A DNA stretch of 64,000 nt from Takakia lepidozioides (lineage: Eukaryota; Plantae; Bryophyta), in the NCBI GenBank assembly GCA_030704615.1, contig CM060731.1, positions 29,946,001 to 30,010,000 of the forward strand, written 5' to 3'. This document shows, piece by piece, positions 1 to 11,067 of this stretch (the first letter of the stretch is position 1; the number at the start of each line of letters is the position of its first letter). The notes beneath the pieces are model-generated. The model made no database searches. It worked only from the letters and a program-made list of their open reading frames with translations, and was not told the origin of the DNA. A program made the position numbers and the translations under genes.

Positions 1-2
1 AA

Positions 3-335
3 GACATTATGAAAGCTGGAATTGCACCAGATATCATTCTAGAGGCTTCCCTTGCTGCCATCTATGCCAAGTGCGGAAGCATGAAGGAGGCCCGTCGAGT
101 TTTCGTCAATATGGCTGGACGAGATGTGGTTTCATGGAGTGCGATGATTGCAGGATATGCTCAGCAAGGGTGTGGTCAGGAGGCCTTGGAGACCTATGAG
201 CAAATGATATGGGAAGGGTGGGTACCGGACAAAGTCACATTCACTTCCGTTCTCGATGCATGTGCCAGCCTAGCAGACCTGGAAAAGGGCAAAAAGATCC
301 ATGCTGATATTATCAAAGCCAGAATTGAGCCACCC
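3..335 (+). pseudogene. PLS-class PPR repeat fragment (continues upstream of window)
   Basis: ORF 9..476 begins with S/P/L PPR motifs (YAKCGSMKEARRVF, DVVSWSAMIAGYAQQG, VTFTSVLDACASL). It switches to non-PPR sequence near 335. Functional status is unknown. Confidence 0.8.
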
Positions 336-369
336 GGCATCCTTGAGCGCGGAGGGGTTTCACGCAATA

Positions 370-951
370 TGGTGACGGCACCCTCTTCTTCGACCTATTT
401 CAGCCTGTTTTTGCCTCTCATCAGACTCGGCCCTGAGATGCCTGTTATCAGAATCAGCCCTAAATTTTCATGTTGAATTCTGCAAGTTAGCTGGTTGACT
501 AAACCTTTGATAGTTTGGAGTGACTGACATGATACTGCCAATGTGACAACAGGAAAGTATCCAGAAACAGGTAACAGAGACGAGAAGCTGTGGAATGAAT
601 ACTTTTCTGACCCCTGTTAATGGTGGGACAATCGAGGCAAAAAGGTAAATGCCTGTTGGATTACAGAGAGTAGCAGATGCAATTGAGCATAGGAACTAGT
701 GTGATAAGTTGAGTTGGGTGTTTCCTAGAACAAATCTAGGCTGTCATTGTCAGCTGCTAGCAGCAAAGCAAGGATGTATGCATGATTTGTACATAGGCAT
801 GGATAGCTGAAGGAGCAGGGATAGAGTGTGGGTCCACTAGACTCATCCAACAGGGCCGGACTTCAAGCTCCAGATGACCTATGATTCCCTGTGGATCAAT
901 AGCTACAAGAAACCTGCATGGGGAAATGGTCAACTAACTAGCGCAACATAG
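370..951 (+). pseudogene. OSB-type PDF-motif module (two exons, GT-AG intron 645-840)
   Basis: Exon 553-644 reads GKYPETGNRDEKLWNEYFSDPC*WWDNRGKK. The intron runs gtaaat...ccactag. Exon 841-951 reads THPTGPDFKLQMTYDSLWINSYKKPAWGNGQL...*. This matches the PDF motif of organellar ssDNA-binding (OSB) proteins (W..FF..P..WWDNR..K.NP..PDFKHK.T..LW...P.WV..QL), with one in-frame TAA. Confidence 0.8.
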
Positions 952-984
952 AGAGTGCAGCAAACAACGTCTTAGGAATACTTG

Positions 985-2670
985 CTGGCTTTCGGCGAAA
1001 CAGGGGCTATGTGGATCATATCCTGGATGTCAAAAAGGCTTATGACACAGTGTGGAGAGATGGCCTATGGTTCCGCCTCTGGTCTTGTGGGATCAAGGGA
1101 AAGATGTGGAGAGTTGTCCACAACTTGTATGCTCACACCAAAAGCTGTGTCACTGTTAACGGACAGAAGTCCAACTTCTTTGACATAGACCAAGGTGTAG
1201 CTCAAGGATGTACTCTCTCCCCTCTGCTCTTCAATGTTTTCATCAATCAACTCCTCGAGGATGTGGAAAGTGAGGGATTTGGGTTAAGGGTGGGTGATAC
1301 CACCATACCAGCCCTTATGTTTGCGGATGACTTCGCAGGCATAGGGGAGACTCCAACCAATCTCCAGGAGTTGATTGATTGCGCAAAGAGATACTTTGAT
1401 CTTTGGGGGCTAGAGGCTAATGTCAGCAAATGTGCAGTGGTAGCATTCAACGACAGATGAGAGGGAGGAAGTGATCTTTAGTGGCAGTGGGGTAGCCAAG
1501 AGATCCCGGTCCTCCCTTCCTACACTTACCTGGGCGTTGAGTTCTCCTCCAATTGTAATTGGGATGCACATATCCCGAAAGTTGTTCAAACTGGCAAGGG
1601 CAAAGCTCTGGGGCTCACTAAATTTTTCCACTGCAGAGGGGTCAACTTTGAGGTTAAGAAAACCATGCTTTGTCGCGTTATTAGACCTGCCTTGGAGTAC
1701 GGATCTGCTATATGGGTTGATAACTCCAACCAGGCTAAGTCTCTAGAATCCATTCAAGTGGGGGTGCTTAAGGAGTGTATGTCAGCATGCTCCAAAACAG
1801 CCAATGTGGCTGTTCGGGGTGAGTTTGGCATTCCGTCCTTAAGCTCCCGACGAGATGAATTCAAGGTCAGATGGTGGGGTCAGCTGCAACATATGCCCAA
1901 CACCAGATATCCTAAGTTAATCGACTCTATATCTTGGAAACAGGACCGCCCTGTCAAACAGGCTAAGTCCTGGCAGAAGAGAGTAGAAGAGATCCTCAAG
2001 GACCTGGACCTGGATCCGCAAGTCTTGACCCTGCTGGATAAATCTGACTTAGAGGCTGTAGTGTCCTCAGCCATGTCTGTTGCCATGAGATTGTCTGATG
2101 AAAATGAAGTTAGGCAGAAAACTTCCCTGAACTTGTTTCCAGTCTGTGACGTGGGGGAGGACATCTTGGATGACCTCAAGGGTCTACCCACTCTCGGCAC
2201 TAGACTGAAATTTAAACTCAGGGCAGGAAGCCTACCTTTGAACAGCAAACAGAAGCAGAGAGGAAAGTGAGAATGCAATTGCCCGTTGTGTGGGCAATCT
2301 GAAGACAATATTCATTTTCTGATACACTGTCCGGGCTTCTCTCACCAAAGAGACGCTCTCTTCAAATCTATTAAGGGAATTGTGCCTGTACCCCTGTTTA
2401 CCAACTTTGAATGTCTCGAGGCTGAGCCAAAAGCCCGGGCCCTCCTGAGGCCTAGTTTTTGGGCAAATCACACACAGCAGATTGATGCTTGTGTGAAGGG
2501 ATTTCTAGAGGATATCTGGAAAACCCGGATTAATTCTTTATATGGAGGTAAGTCTTACTACCAATGTCAGCCCCTGACAGAAGTAGGTTCTGTCCCTTTT
2601 GTTCCCGCTCAAACTGGGCGCGGGGTCAATGGCCACAAGGCTACGGCAAACAACGTCTTATGAGTACAAT
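985..2670 (+). mobile_element. 5'-truncated non-LTR retrotransposon (RTE/RTEX-like RT with C-terminal CCHC)
   Basis: ORFs 1011, 1665 and 2286 share one frame with 3 internal stops. Motifs: GFR..R, LDVKKAYD, GVAQGCTLSPLLF, MFADD, YTYLG, RPALEYG, and C-x2-C-x7-H-x4-C near the end. A near-identical copy lies at 27641-28685. Confidence 0.85.
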
Positions 2671-2682
2671 CTCTATCTCTCC

Positions 2683-2818
2683 CTCCAGACGAGAGGAATT
2701 CAAGGTCAGATGGTTGGGTCAGTAGCAATGTAGGACTAAAAACACATACCCTAAGTTAATCGACTCTATCTTGGAAGCAGGATTGCCCTGTCAAACAGGT
2801 TAAGTCCTGGCGGAAGAA
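2683..2818 (+). mobile_element. diverged internal fragment of the same LINE
   Basis: Aligns by eye to ~1845-1980 (gaattcaaggtcagatgg, cctaagttaatcgactctat, gccctgtcaaacagg). Confidence 0.75.
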
Positions 2819-2847
2819 GCGGTTTTCAAGGATCTGAGTCTAAGTCC

Positions 2848-3115
2848 GCAAACACAAAACGAACGTGATGTGGATGGGCTTCACCCCTCGTGTGCACCTG
2901 CTTTCCAGCTTCAAGGCCTTTCATCTTGATGCACTTATGCAAGAGACAGCCATACGTATCTGAATCTGCTGAAATTCCTCCTTGATTTAAAGTCTGTAGA
3001 GCCTCTTTCAGTCTGCTTGCCTCACAAAGCATCTTCACATGCCCAGAAGTGCCAGAAGTGCCAGAAGTGTTGTGGACTCCCTCTCTTGATCCTCTTTCAG
3101 AAGTTGTGGTAACGG
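2848..3115 (-). pseudogene. inverted PPR N-terminal leader fragment
   Basis: Reads GHVKMLCEASRLKEALQTL...DSDTYGCLLHKCIKMKGLEAGKQVH. Homologous to 3999-4090 (+) and 53990-54210 (-). Confidence 0.75.
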
Positions 3116-3216
3116 TATATGCCCATGAATTTGAGCATAGTAATATATGTGCAACACCCGCTGTCAGGAGCTGATGAATCGATGGGGTGTGATGGCAGCT
3201 TGTCACTGAATGTTAA

Positions 3217-3476
3217 GCCGTAGCCTTGTGGCCATTGACTCCGCGCCCAGTTTGAGCGGAACACAAAGGGACAGAACCTACCTTTGTCAGGGGCCGATGC
3301 CCGTAGACTTACCTTGGAATAAACAATTGATCTGGGTTTTCCAGATATCCTCTAGAAATCCCTTTACACTAGCATCAACCTGCTGTGTGTGGTTTGCCCA
3401 ATAACTAGGCCCCAAAAGGGCCTGGGCGTTTGGCTCAGCCTCGAGACTTTCAAAGTTGGTAAACAGAGGTACAGGC
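3217..3476 (-). mobile_element. 3'-end fragment of the RTE/RTEX-like LINE
   Basis: Reverse complement of 2384-2647 with scattered substitutions. Confidence 0.85.
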
Positions 3477-6400
3477 GTATGAGCAAATGATGCGCGAAGG
3501 GGTGAAGCCCAACCACATCACGTTCGGTTGCATTTGCAATGCGTATGCAAGCCTGGGAGCCCTGGAAAAGGGGAAAGAGGTCCATGATGACCTCGTCAAA
3601 GCTGGAATTGTACCAGATGTCATTCTGAACATTGCCCTGGTGGACAATATGTATGCCAAATGTGGGTGCATTAAGGATGCAAAGGCAGTTTTCAACAATA
3701 TGCAGGCTGAATGAGATGTGGTGTCGTGGAGCGCGATGCTTGCAAAGTATGCACAGCAGGGACGTGGGGTGGAGGCTTTGGAGACCTAGGAGCAAATGAT
3801 GGGGGAAGGGGTGAAGCCCAACCACATCACGTTCGTTTGCGTTTGCAATGCTTGTGCAAGTCTGGCAGCCCTGGAAAAGGGCAAAGAGGCCCATGGCGAC
3901 ATCGTCAAAGCTGGAATTGTACCAGATGTCATTCTGAACAATGCCCTGGTGGACATGTATGCCAAATGTGGGTGCATTAAGGATGCAAAGGCAGTTTTCA
4001 AGGAGGCATTTCAGCAGATTCAGATACGTATGTCTGTCTCTTGCATAGGTGCAAGATGAAAGGCCTTGAAGCTGGAAAGCAGGTGCACACTCACATTATC
4101 CAAAGTGGATTTAGCAAACTACTCAACACCCTTGTCAACATGTATGTTAAGTGCGGGAGCATCATGGATGCTCACCAAGTGTTCAACGGAATGCCTCAAC
4201 CATCTTTGATCACGTGGAATATAATGTTGGTGGGGTTTACCAACCATGGGTGTGGTACGAATGCTTTGGAGACCTATGAGCAAATGATGCGCGAAGGGGT
4301 GAAGCCCAACCACATCCCGTTCGGTTGCGTTTGAAATGCGTGTGCAAGCCTGGGAGCCCTGGAAAAGGGGAAAGAGGTCCATGATGACCTCGTCAAAGCT
4401 GGAATTGTACCAGATGTCATTCTGAACATTGCCCTGGTGGACAATATGTATGCCAAATGTGGGTGCATTAAGGATGCAAAGGCAATTTTCAACAATATGC
4501 AGGCTGAATGAGATGTGGTGTCGTGGCGCGCGATGCTTGCAAAGTATGCACAGCAGGGACGTGGGGTGGAGGCTTTGGAGACCTAGGAGCAAATGATGGG
4601 GGAAGGGGTGAAGCCCAACCACATCACGTTCGTTTGCGTTTGCAATGCGTGTGCAAGTCTGGCAGCCCTGGAAAAGGGCAAAGAGGTCCATGATGACATC
4701 GTCAAAGCTGGAATTCTACCAGATGTCATTCTGAACACTGCCGTGGTGGACATGTATGCCAAATGTGGGTGCATTAAGGATGCAAAGGCAGTTTTCAACA
4801 ATATGCAGGCTGAACGCGATGTGGTGTCATGGAGCGCGATGCTTGCAGGGTATGCACAGCAGGGACGTGGGGTGGAGGCTTTGGAGACCTAGGAGCAAAT
4901 GATGGGGGATGGGGTGAAGCCCAACCACATCACGTTTGTGTGCATTTGCAATGCGTGTGCAAGCCTGGGAGCTCTGGAAAAGGGCAAAGAGGCCCACAGC
5001 GACATAGTCAGAGCTGGAATTGTACCCAATGTCATTCTGAACAATGCCCTCGTGGACATGTATGCCAAATGTGGGAGCATCGAGGATGTGAAGGGAGTGT
5101 TCAACAATATGGCTGAATGAAATGTGGTGTCATGGAACGCGATGGTTGCAGGGCATGCACAGCAGGGGTGCGGGATTGAGGCTTTGGAGACGTGTGAGCA
5201 GATGATGGTGGAAGGGGTGAAGCCCGACCACATCACATTTGTGCGTTTGCAAGCCTGGCAGCCCTGGAAAAGGGCAAAGAGGTGCATGGTTGTATTGCAA
5301 AAGCTGGAATTGTACCAGATGTGATTCTGAACGATATCCTCGTGGGCATGTATGCAAAATGTGGGTGCATCGAGGATGCGGAGGGAGTGTTTGACAGTAT
5401 GGCTGAACGAGATTTGGTGTCGTGGAGTGCGATGATTGCAGGGTATGCACAGCAAGGGCGCGGGATGGAGGCTTTGGAGACCTATGAGCAAATGATGGGG
5501 GAAGGGGTGAAGCCCGACCACATCACGTTTGTTTCCGTTTGCAATGCCTGTGCAAGCCTGGCAGCCCTGGAAAAGGGAAAAGAGGTCCATGGTGACATCG
5601 TCAAAGCTGGAATTGTACACTGCCCTAGTGGACATGTATGCCAAATGTGGGTGCATTGAGGATGCGAAGGGAGTGTTCGACAATATGGCTGAACGAAATG
5701 TGGTGTTGTGGAACGCGATGTTCGTTGGATATGCCCAGCATGGTGTCATAGGGAGGTCCTGCAACTATTTGAGGGAATGTAAAAGAATGGCTTGAAGCCG
5801 GACAATATCACCTTTATATGTGTTCTCTCTGCATGCAGCCACTCTGGCCTACTGAATGAAGGAAATCAAGATCATGGTGTCACTCCGACAGTAAAGCACT
5901 TTGGCTGTATGGTGGACCTTCTTGGACGTGCAGGACAACTGGATGAGGTAGTGGATCTGATTAATAAGATGCCAATCAATCCAGACGTTGTGGTGTGGAA
6001 GGCCTTGCTTCATGCCTGCAGAATCCATGGCAATGTGGAGATGGCTGAACGTGCGGCAACATCTATCCTCAAATGGGATGAGCACTAGGATGCCATGCTG
6101 CATGTCGGTCTGCCTTCGTGCTGCAGCTGGTAAGTGGGATAATACTGCAAAGGTGAGAAGAATGATGAAGGTTAGAGGGGTTAGAAAGGAGCCAGGTCGC
6201 TGCTGCATTAAGGTTGGCAACAGGGTGCACACCTTCGCTGTAGATGACATCCCATAATTAAGGAAATCCATGCTGAGCTGAGTCTGGGCAGATGAAAGGA
6301 GGCGGGGTATGTGCCTGACACGCGCTTTGTATTGCATGATGTGGGGGAGGAGGAAAAGGAATTTTCTGTTTGCCACCACAGTGAGAAGCTGGCCATTGGT
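3477..6400 (+). pseudogene. PLS-class PPR-E-DYW RNA-editing factor pseudogene 1 (DYW truncated)
   Basis: About 7 P-L-S triplets of ~300 bp carrying TGA/TAG stops and frameshifts. Then ITFICVLSACSHSG, the E motifs, the PG box (VRKEPG), and [13 protein letters not shown]...HHSEKLA. It is cut off by a LINE fragment. Confidence 0.9.
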
Positions 6401-6439
6401 TTTTTTGTGTCTGGAGACGAAGGTAGTGGATCTGCCAAC

Positions 6440-6652
6440 ATCCAGTCCAACAGGTGAAGTCCTAGCAGAACGGGAAGAGGAGATTTCAAGTACCTGAATA
6501 TTAGGCAAGAGGAACTGACCCTGCTAAGATGAAGTTGACTTGGAAGTTGACTTGGAAGCTGACGTGTCCAAGGCCATGTTGGAAGAGTGCAGAATGTCCG
6601 AACAACAGTTAGGCATAAAACCCTGAACTCATTTCCGGTTTGTGACATGGAT
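6440..6652 (+). mobile_element. old diverged fragment of the RTE/RTEX-like LINE
   Basis: Similar to ~1950-2155 (aagtcct.gcagaa, tgaccctgct, gttaggca..aaa, ccctgaact..tttcc.gt.tgtgac). Confidence 0.6.
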
Positions 6653-6659
6653 GAGTGAA

Positions 6660-9600
6660 GGGCAGCCTTGCGTGTGCAAACCTGGGAGCCCTGGAAAAGG
6701 GGAAAGAGGTCCATGATGAGATCGTCAAAGCTGGAATTGTACCAGATGTCATTCTGAACACTGCCCTGGTGGACATGTATGGATGCAAAGGCAGTTTTCA
6801 ACAATATGCAGGCTGAACAAGATGTGGTGTCGTGGAGCGCGATGCTTGCAGGGTATGCACAGCAGGGAGGCTTTGGAGACCTATGAGCAAATGATGGGGG
6901 AAGGGGTGAAGCCCAACCACATCACGTTCCTTTGCGTTTGCAATGCGTGTGCAAGCCTGGGAGCCCTGGAAAAGGGCAAAGAGGTCCATGATGACATCGT
7001 CAAAGCTGGAATTCTACCAGATGTCATTCTGAACACTGCCCTGGTGGACATGTATGCCAAATGTGGGTGCATTAAGGATGCAAAGGCAGTTTTGAAAGTT
7101 CAACAATATGCAGGCTTAACGAGATGTGGTGTCGTGGAGCGCGATGCTTGCAGGGTATGCACAGCAGGGATGTGGGGTGGAGGCTTTGGAGACCTATGAG
7201 CAAATGATGGGGGAAGGGGTGAAGCCCAACCACATCACGTTTGTGTGCGTTTGCAATGCATGCGCAAGCCTGGCAGCTCTGGAAAAGGGCAAAGAGGCCC
7301 ATGGCGACATTGTCAGGGCTAGAATTGTACCCGATGTCATTCTGAACAATGCCCTCATGGACATGTATGCCAAATGTGGGAGCATTGAGGATGCGAAGGC
7401 AGTGTTCAACAATATGGCTGAATGAAATGTGGTGTCGTGGACCGCGATGCTTGCAGGGTATGCACAGCAGGAGCGCGGGACGGAGGCTTTGGAGACCTAT
7501 GAGCAAATGATGGTGGAAGGGGTGAAGCCCGACCACATCACATCTGTGCGTTTGCAAGCCTAGCAGCCCTGGAAAAGGGCAAAGGGGTGCAAGGTGACAT
7601 CGTCAAAGCTGGAATTGTACCAGATGTCATTGTGAACACTACCATGGTGGACATGTATGCCTAATGTGGGTGCATTAAGGATGCAAAGGGAGTTTTCAAC
7701 ACTATGGCTGAACGAGATGTGGTGTCATTGAAGACGATGCTTGCAGGGTATCCACAGCAGGGACGTGGTATGGGGGCTTTGGAGACCTTGATCAGATGAT
7801 GGGGCAAGGGGTGAAGCCCAACCACATCACGTTTCTATGCATTAGCAATGCGTGTGCAAGCCTGGCAGCTCTGGAAAAGGGCAAAGAGGTCCATGGCGAC
7901 ATGTTCAGAGCTGCAGTTGTACCAAATGTCATGCTGAACAATACCCTCATGGACATGTATGAAGGGAGCGCTCGACAGTATGGCTGAATGAGATGTGGTG
8001 TCGTGGAGTGCGATGATTGCAGGATATGCACAGCAAGGGCGTGGGATGGAGGCTTTGGAGACCTATGAGCAAATGATGTGCGAAGGGGGTGAAGCCCAAC
8101 TACATGACGTTTGTTTGCAGTTGCAAGCCTGGCAGCCCTGGAAAAGGGAAAAGAGGTCCATGGTGACATTATCAAATCTGGAATTGTACCCGATGTCATT
8201 CTGAACACTGCCCTGGTGGACATGTATGTCAAATGTGGGTGATTCAAATGGAGTGTTTGACAGTATTGCTGAACGTGATGTGGTGCGTGCATTGAGGCTG
8301 GACTTGAGGGGGATGGCCCTGTGGGGACTGCCCTTGTCAGCATGTATTGCAGGTGTGGGAGTTTGATGGATGCCACCCGAGTATTTGACGTGCAATGCCC
8401 AAGCGAGATGGGCTCTCATGGACTGCTATGATTGTAGGATCTGCTCAGCATGGTCATGGTCTTTTTAACTCTTTCAGCGCATGCAAAGAGAAGGCATGAA
8501 GGCAGATATTGTCTCTTTTATTAGTGTCCTCAACGCTTGTGCTGGCCCGGAGGCTTTAGAACGGGGCAAGCAGCTCCTTGCCAGCATCATCAAAGCTGAA
8601 TTTGAGTCAGATGTTGGACTCGGGAATGCCCTTGTCAGTATGTATTGCAAGTGCAGGAGTGTGATGGATGCACTCAATGTGTTTGACAGAATGCCTAAGC
8701 GAGATGTGGTCTCATGGACTGCGATGATTGGAGGATGTGCACAGAGTGGTCATGGTGAGGAGGCTTTCAAACTCTTTCGACAAATGCAAAGAGAGGGTGT
8801 GAAGCATCCCTGGAACAGGGCAAGTGGGTCCATGCCTACATTATCAAATCTGTGTGTGAGTCCGATGTGTACGTCAGGAATGCCCTCATTGATTTGTTTA
8901 CCAAATGTGGGAGTGTAGAGGATGCACGGGAGGTGTTTGACAAAATTCTTAAACCAGATGTGGTCTCATGGACTGCGATGATTATAGGATACGCTCAGCA
9001 TGGGCGTGGTCACGAGGCTCTCCAACTGTTTGAACTGGTGTGAAGCCAAATGAGGTCACATTTATTGGTGTTCTCTCTGCATGCAGCCATTTGGGCCTTG
9101 TAGATGAAGGTGGTCATTATTTTCAATCCATGTTTCAAGAGCATGGCATTACACCAACAGAAAAGCACTGCACCTGCATGGTTGACCTCCTTGGCCATGC
9201 AGGGCGCTTGGATGAAGAAGATTTCATTGCCAACATGGCACTCAAACCAGGTGCTTCAGTGTGGGGGGCCTTGCTTGGTGCCTGCAGAATCTATGGAAAT
9301 GTGGAGTTAGCAGAGTGTGCTGCAGAATGTATTTTCAAGGTGGAATCACAAGATGGATACATTTGCCGTTGAAGATAGATCTCACCCACAAGCAGAGGAG
9401 ATCTATGATGCGTTCGAGAGATTGACTTGGCAGATTAAGGAGGCGGGATATGTGCCTGAGACACGCTTTGTGTTGCGTGACGTGGATCAGCAGATGAAGG
9501 AACATGCTCTTTACCACCACAGCGAAAAGCTGGCCATAGCTTTTGGGCTCATTAGCACACCCCCTAGGACCCCTATCCGCATCATTAAAAACCTATGTGT

Positions 9601-9730
9601 ATGTGGGGACTGCCACACTGGCACCAAGTTGATATCCAAAATTGTTGCACGAGAAATTATTGCAAGGGATGCCATCTGCTTTCATCACTTCAACAATGGG
9701 GTGTGTTCTTGTGGGGACTACTGGTCATAA
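6660..9730 (+). pseudogene. PLS-class PPR-DYW pseudogene 2
   Basis: About 5 further degenerate triplets, then more divergent PPRs (8290-9040) and E1. A deletion removes E2 and the PG box near 9355. The DYW domain has HHSEKLA, CGDCH and the terminus CSCGDYWS*. Confidence 0.9.
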
Positions 9731-9969
9731 ACTCAGGGTAATACAGCAGCCAGAAAACACTCCAGACAGCTGTTTCACCTACCAACTAAAAAATATCTTT
9801 CCCCAGGGTATGTCACCCACCTTGCAGGTAAGGCCTTAAAGTTCTCCCAAGGTATTTCCCTTGATTTAATACGAGTTACCGCATGTATATAAAGAAAAAT
9901 CAACTTGGCGGGTGTGGTATGATCTTCCCCCCCCCCCCCACCCTCCCATGCACCCTGGGGTCCCATGAG

Positions 9970-10190
9970 CCTTGTGCCCGGTTAGTGATCCTGGGTTCAA
10001 TCCTTCACCATGTGCCTTCAAACTGACCATTGGCCTCTAGATGGGCTGTGTTGAGCAGTAGGCTCTATAGATTCATTGGACATTAAAGAAAATTTACCTT
10101 TATCTTTATCAAAGAGGTTATTTTCTCCTCACCATAGTGAAGGGCCTGATTTGTGAGAAGTAGCTTCCCCTTTTTTCCTTTTCTTTTTTT
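9970..10190 (+). mobile_element. degenerate SINE-like copy 1
   Basis: B-box-like GGGTTCAATCC at ~9993. The 3' core aaagaggttattttctcctctcac...aagggcctgatttgt is shared with 10671-10730 and 14815-14880. Confidence 0.45.
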
Positions 10191-10527
10191 TGAAAGTCTT
10201 AGGTGTCTACCTATGGTAATGCAGCTTAGTCTTAGTGGCAATCTTTATGTGCTTTGTCAAACTCTGGGGATGCCGAAGAGGAGGGACAAGCAAAATTTCA
10301 GCCCTCTTTTCTTTGAAAAATAAAAATAACATGATAGCTTCGGCAACACTCCTTCGAAAAACAATGAAATACAGAGTGTATGCATGTAACACCATGGGAA
10401 TGACCCACCCCTTTTTGTGAAAATTGAACATAGGTCTTAGAATCGTCGCTAGTAGTGCGGAGCAACGCAAAGCCCTAGTATTTTTGATGCCTTCGATCAT
10501 GGTTGACATGTGTAGCTGAATAACGAA

Positions 10528-10758
10528 GAGTCAGTAGCTCAGATGGTTAGTGCTCTGAGTGCCACCCAGATGATTCTGGGGTCAAATCCTATTACTTGAC
10601 AGGTGTGGTATACTCTTATCCCCTTCCCTGGGCAGTGTCCCATTTACGCCTTAATGGCGAGATTACTAGGAAAGAGGTTATTTTCTCCTCTCACTATTAA
10701 GGGCCAGATTTGTCCGAGGTGTTTCCCTTTAAAATAGTTAATAAATAGATAAGTAAAA
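10528..10758 (+). mobile_element. tRNA-derived SINE-like element
   Basis: A-box TAGCTCAGATGGT (10535-10547), B-box-like GGGTCAAATCC (~10579-10589), the shared 3' core, and an A-rich tail. Confidence 0.6.
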
Positions 10759-11067
10759 TTGTTTGACTACAAGGTTCATCGGTTTTTACAAGAACATAAG
10801 TTGAACTCGCTTAAAATAAACGGTCTTGGGAATCAGCTCTGGCCTCACCAAGCTGCTTGGTGGAACCCCCCACCTATGCGGGCTCTCGGGGAGGCGCAGC
10901 TTGCCTGGTCAACCTATCTATTCTTCCCTTTGTCTCTTCTTGCGTCCTGGGTGGGTGCAGTGTCTCTTCATTAACCCCCCCAATGATGCGGGCTCTATTG
11001 GTTTGGTCAATGTCTATGCACCTAACTCTGCTATAGATCGCTCTTTGATATGGTGTCTTATTAAGGA

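Noticed and set aside
3477-8290. TGA stops at Arg codons repaired by U-to-C RNA editing
   Set aside because: The locus is nuclear (spliceosomal genes nearby). Frameshifts and TAT>TAG stops also occur, and CpG decay is sufficient to explain the TGAs.
3364-8677. many minus-strand ORFs over the PPR array
   Set aside because: They are antisense shadows of the repeated PPR coding frame.
9317-9730. U-to-C (KP-type) DYW variant
   Set aside because: It has canonical HSEKLA, CGDCH and DYW ending, and the sister copy has a PG box.
10528-10600. functional tRNA gene
   Set aside because: The B box is degenerate and there is no convincing cloverleaf. It continues into a body shared with other copies, so it was called a SINE.
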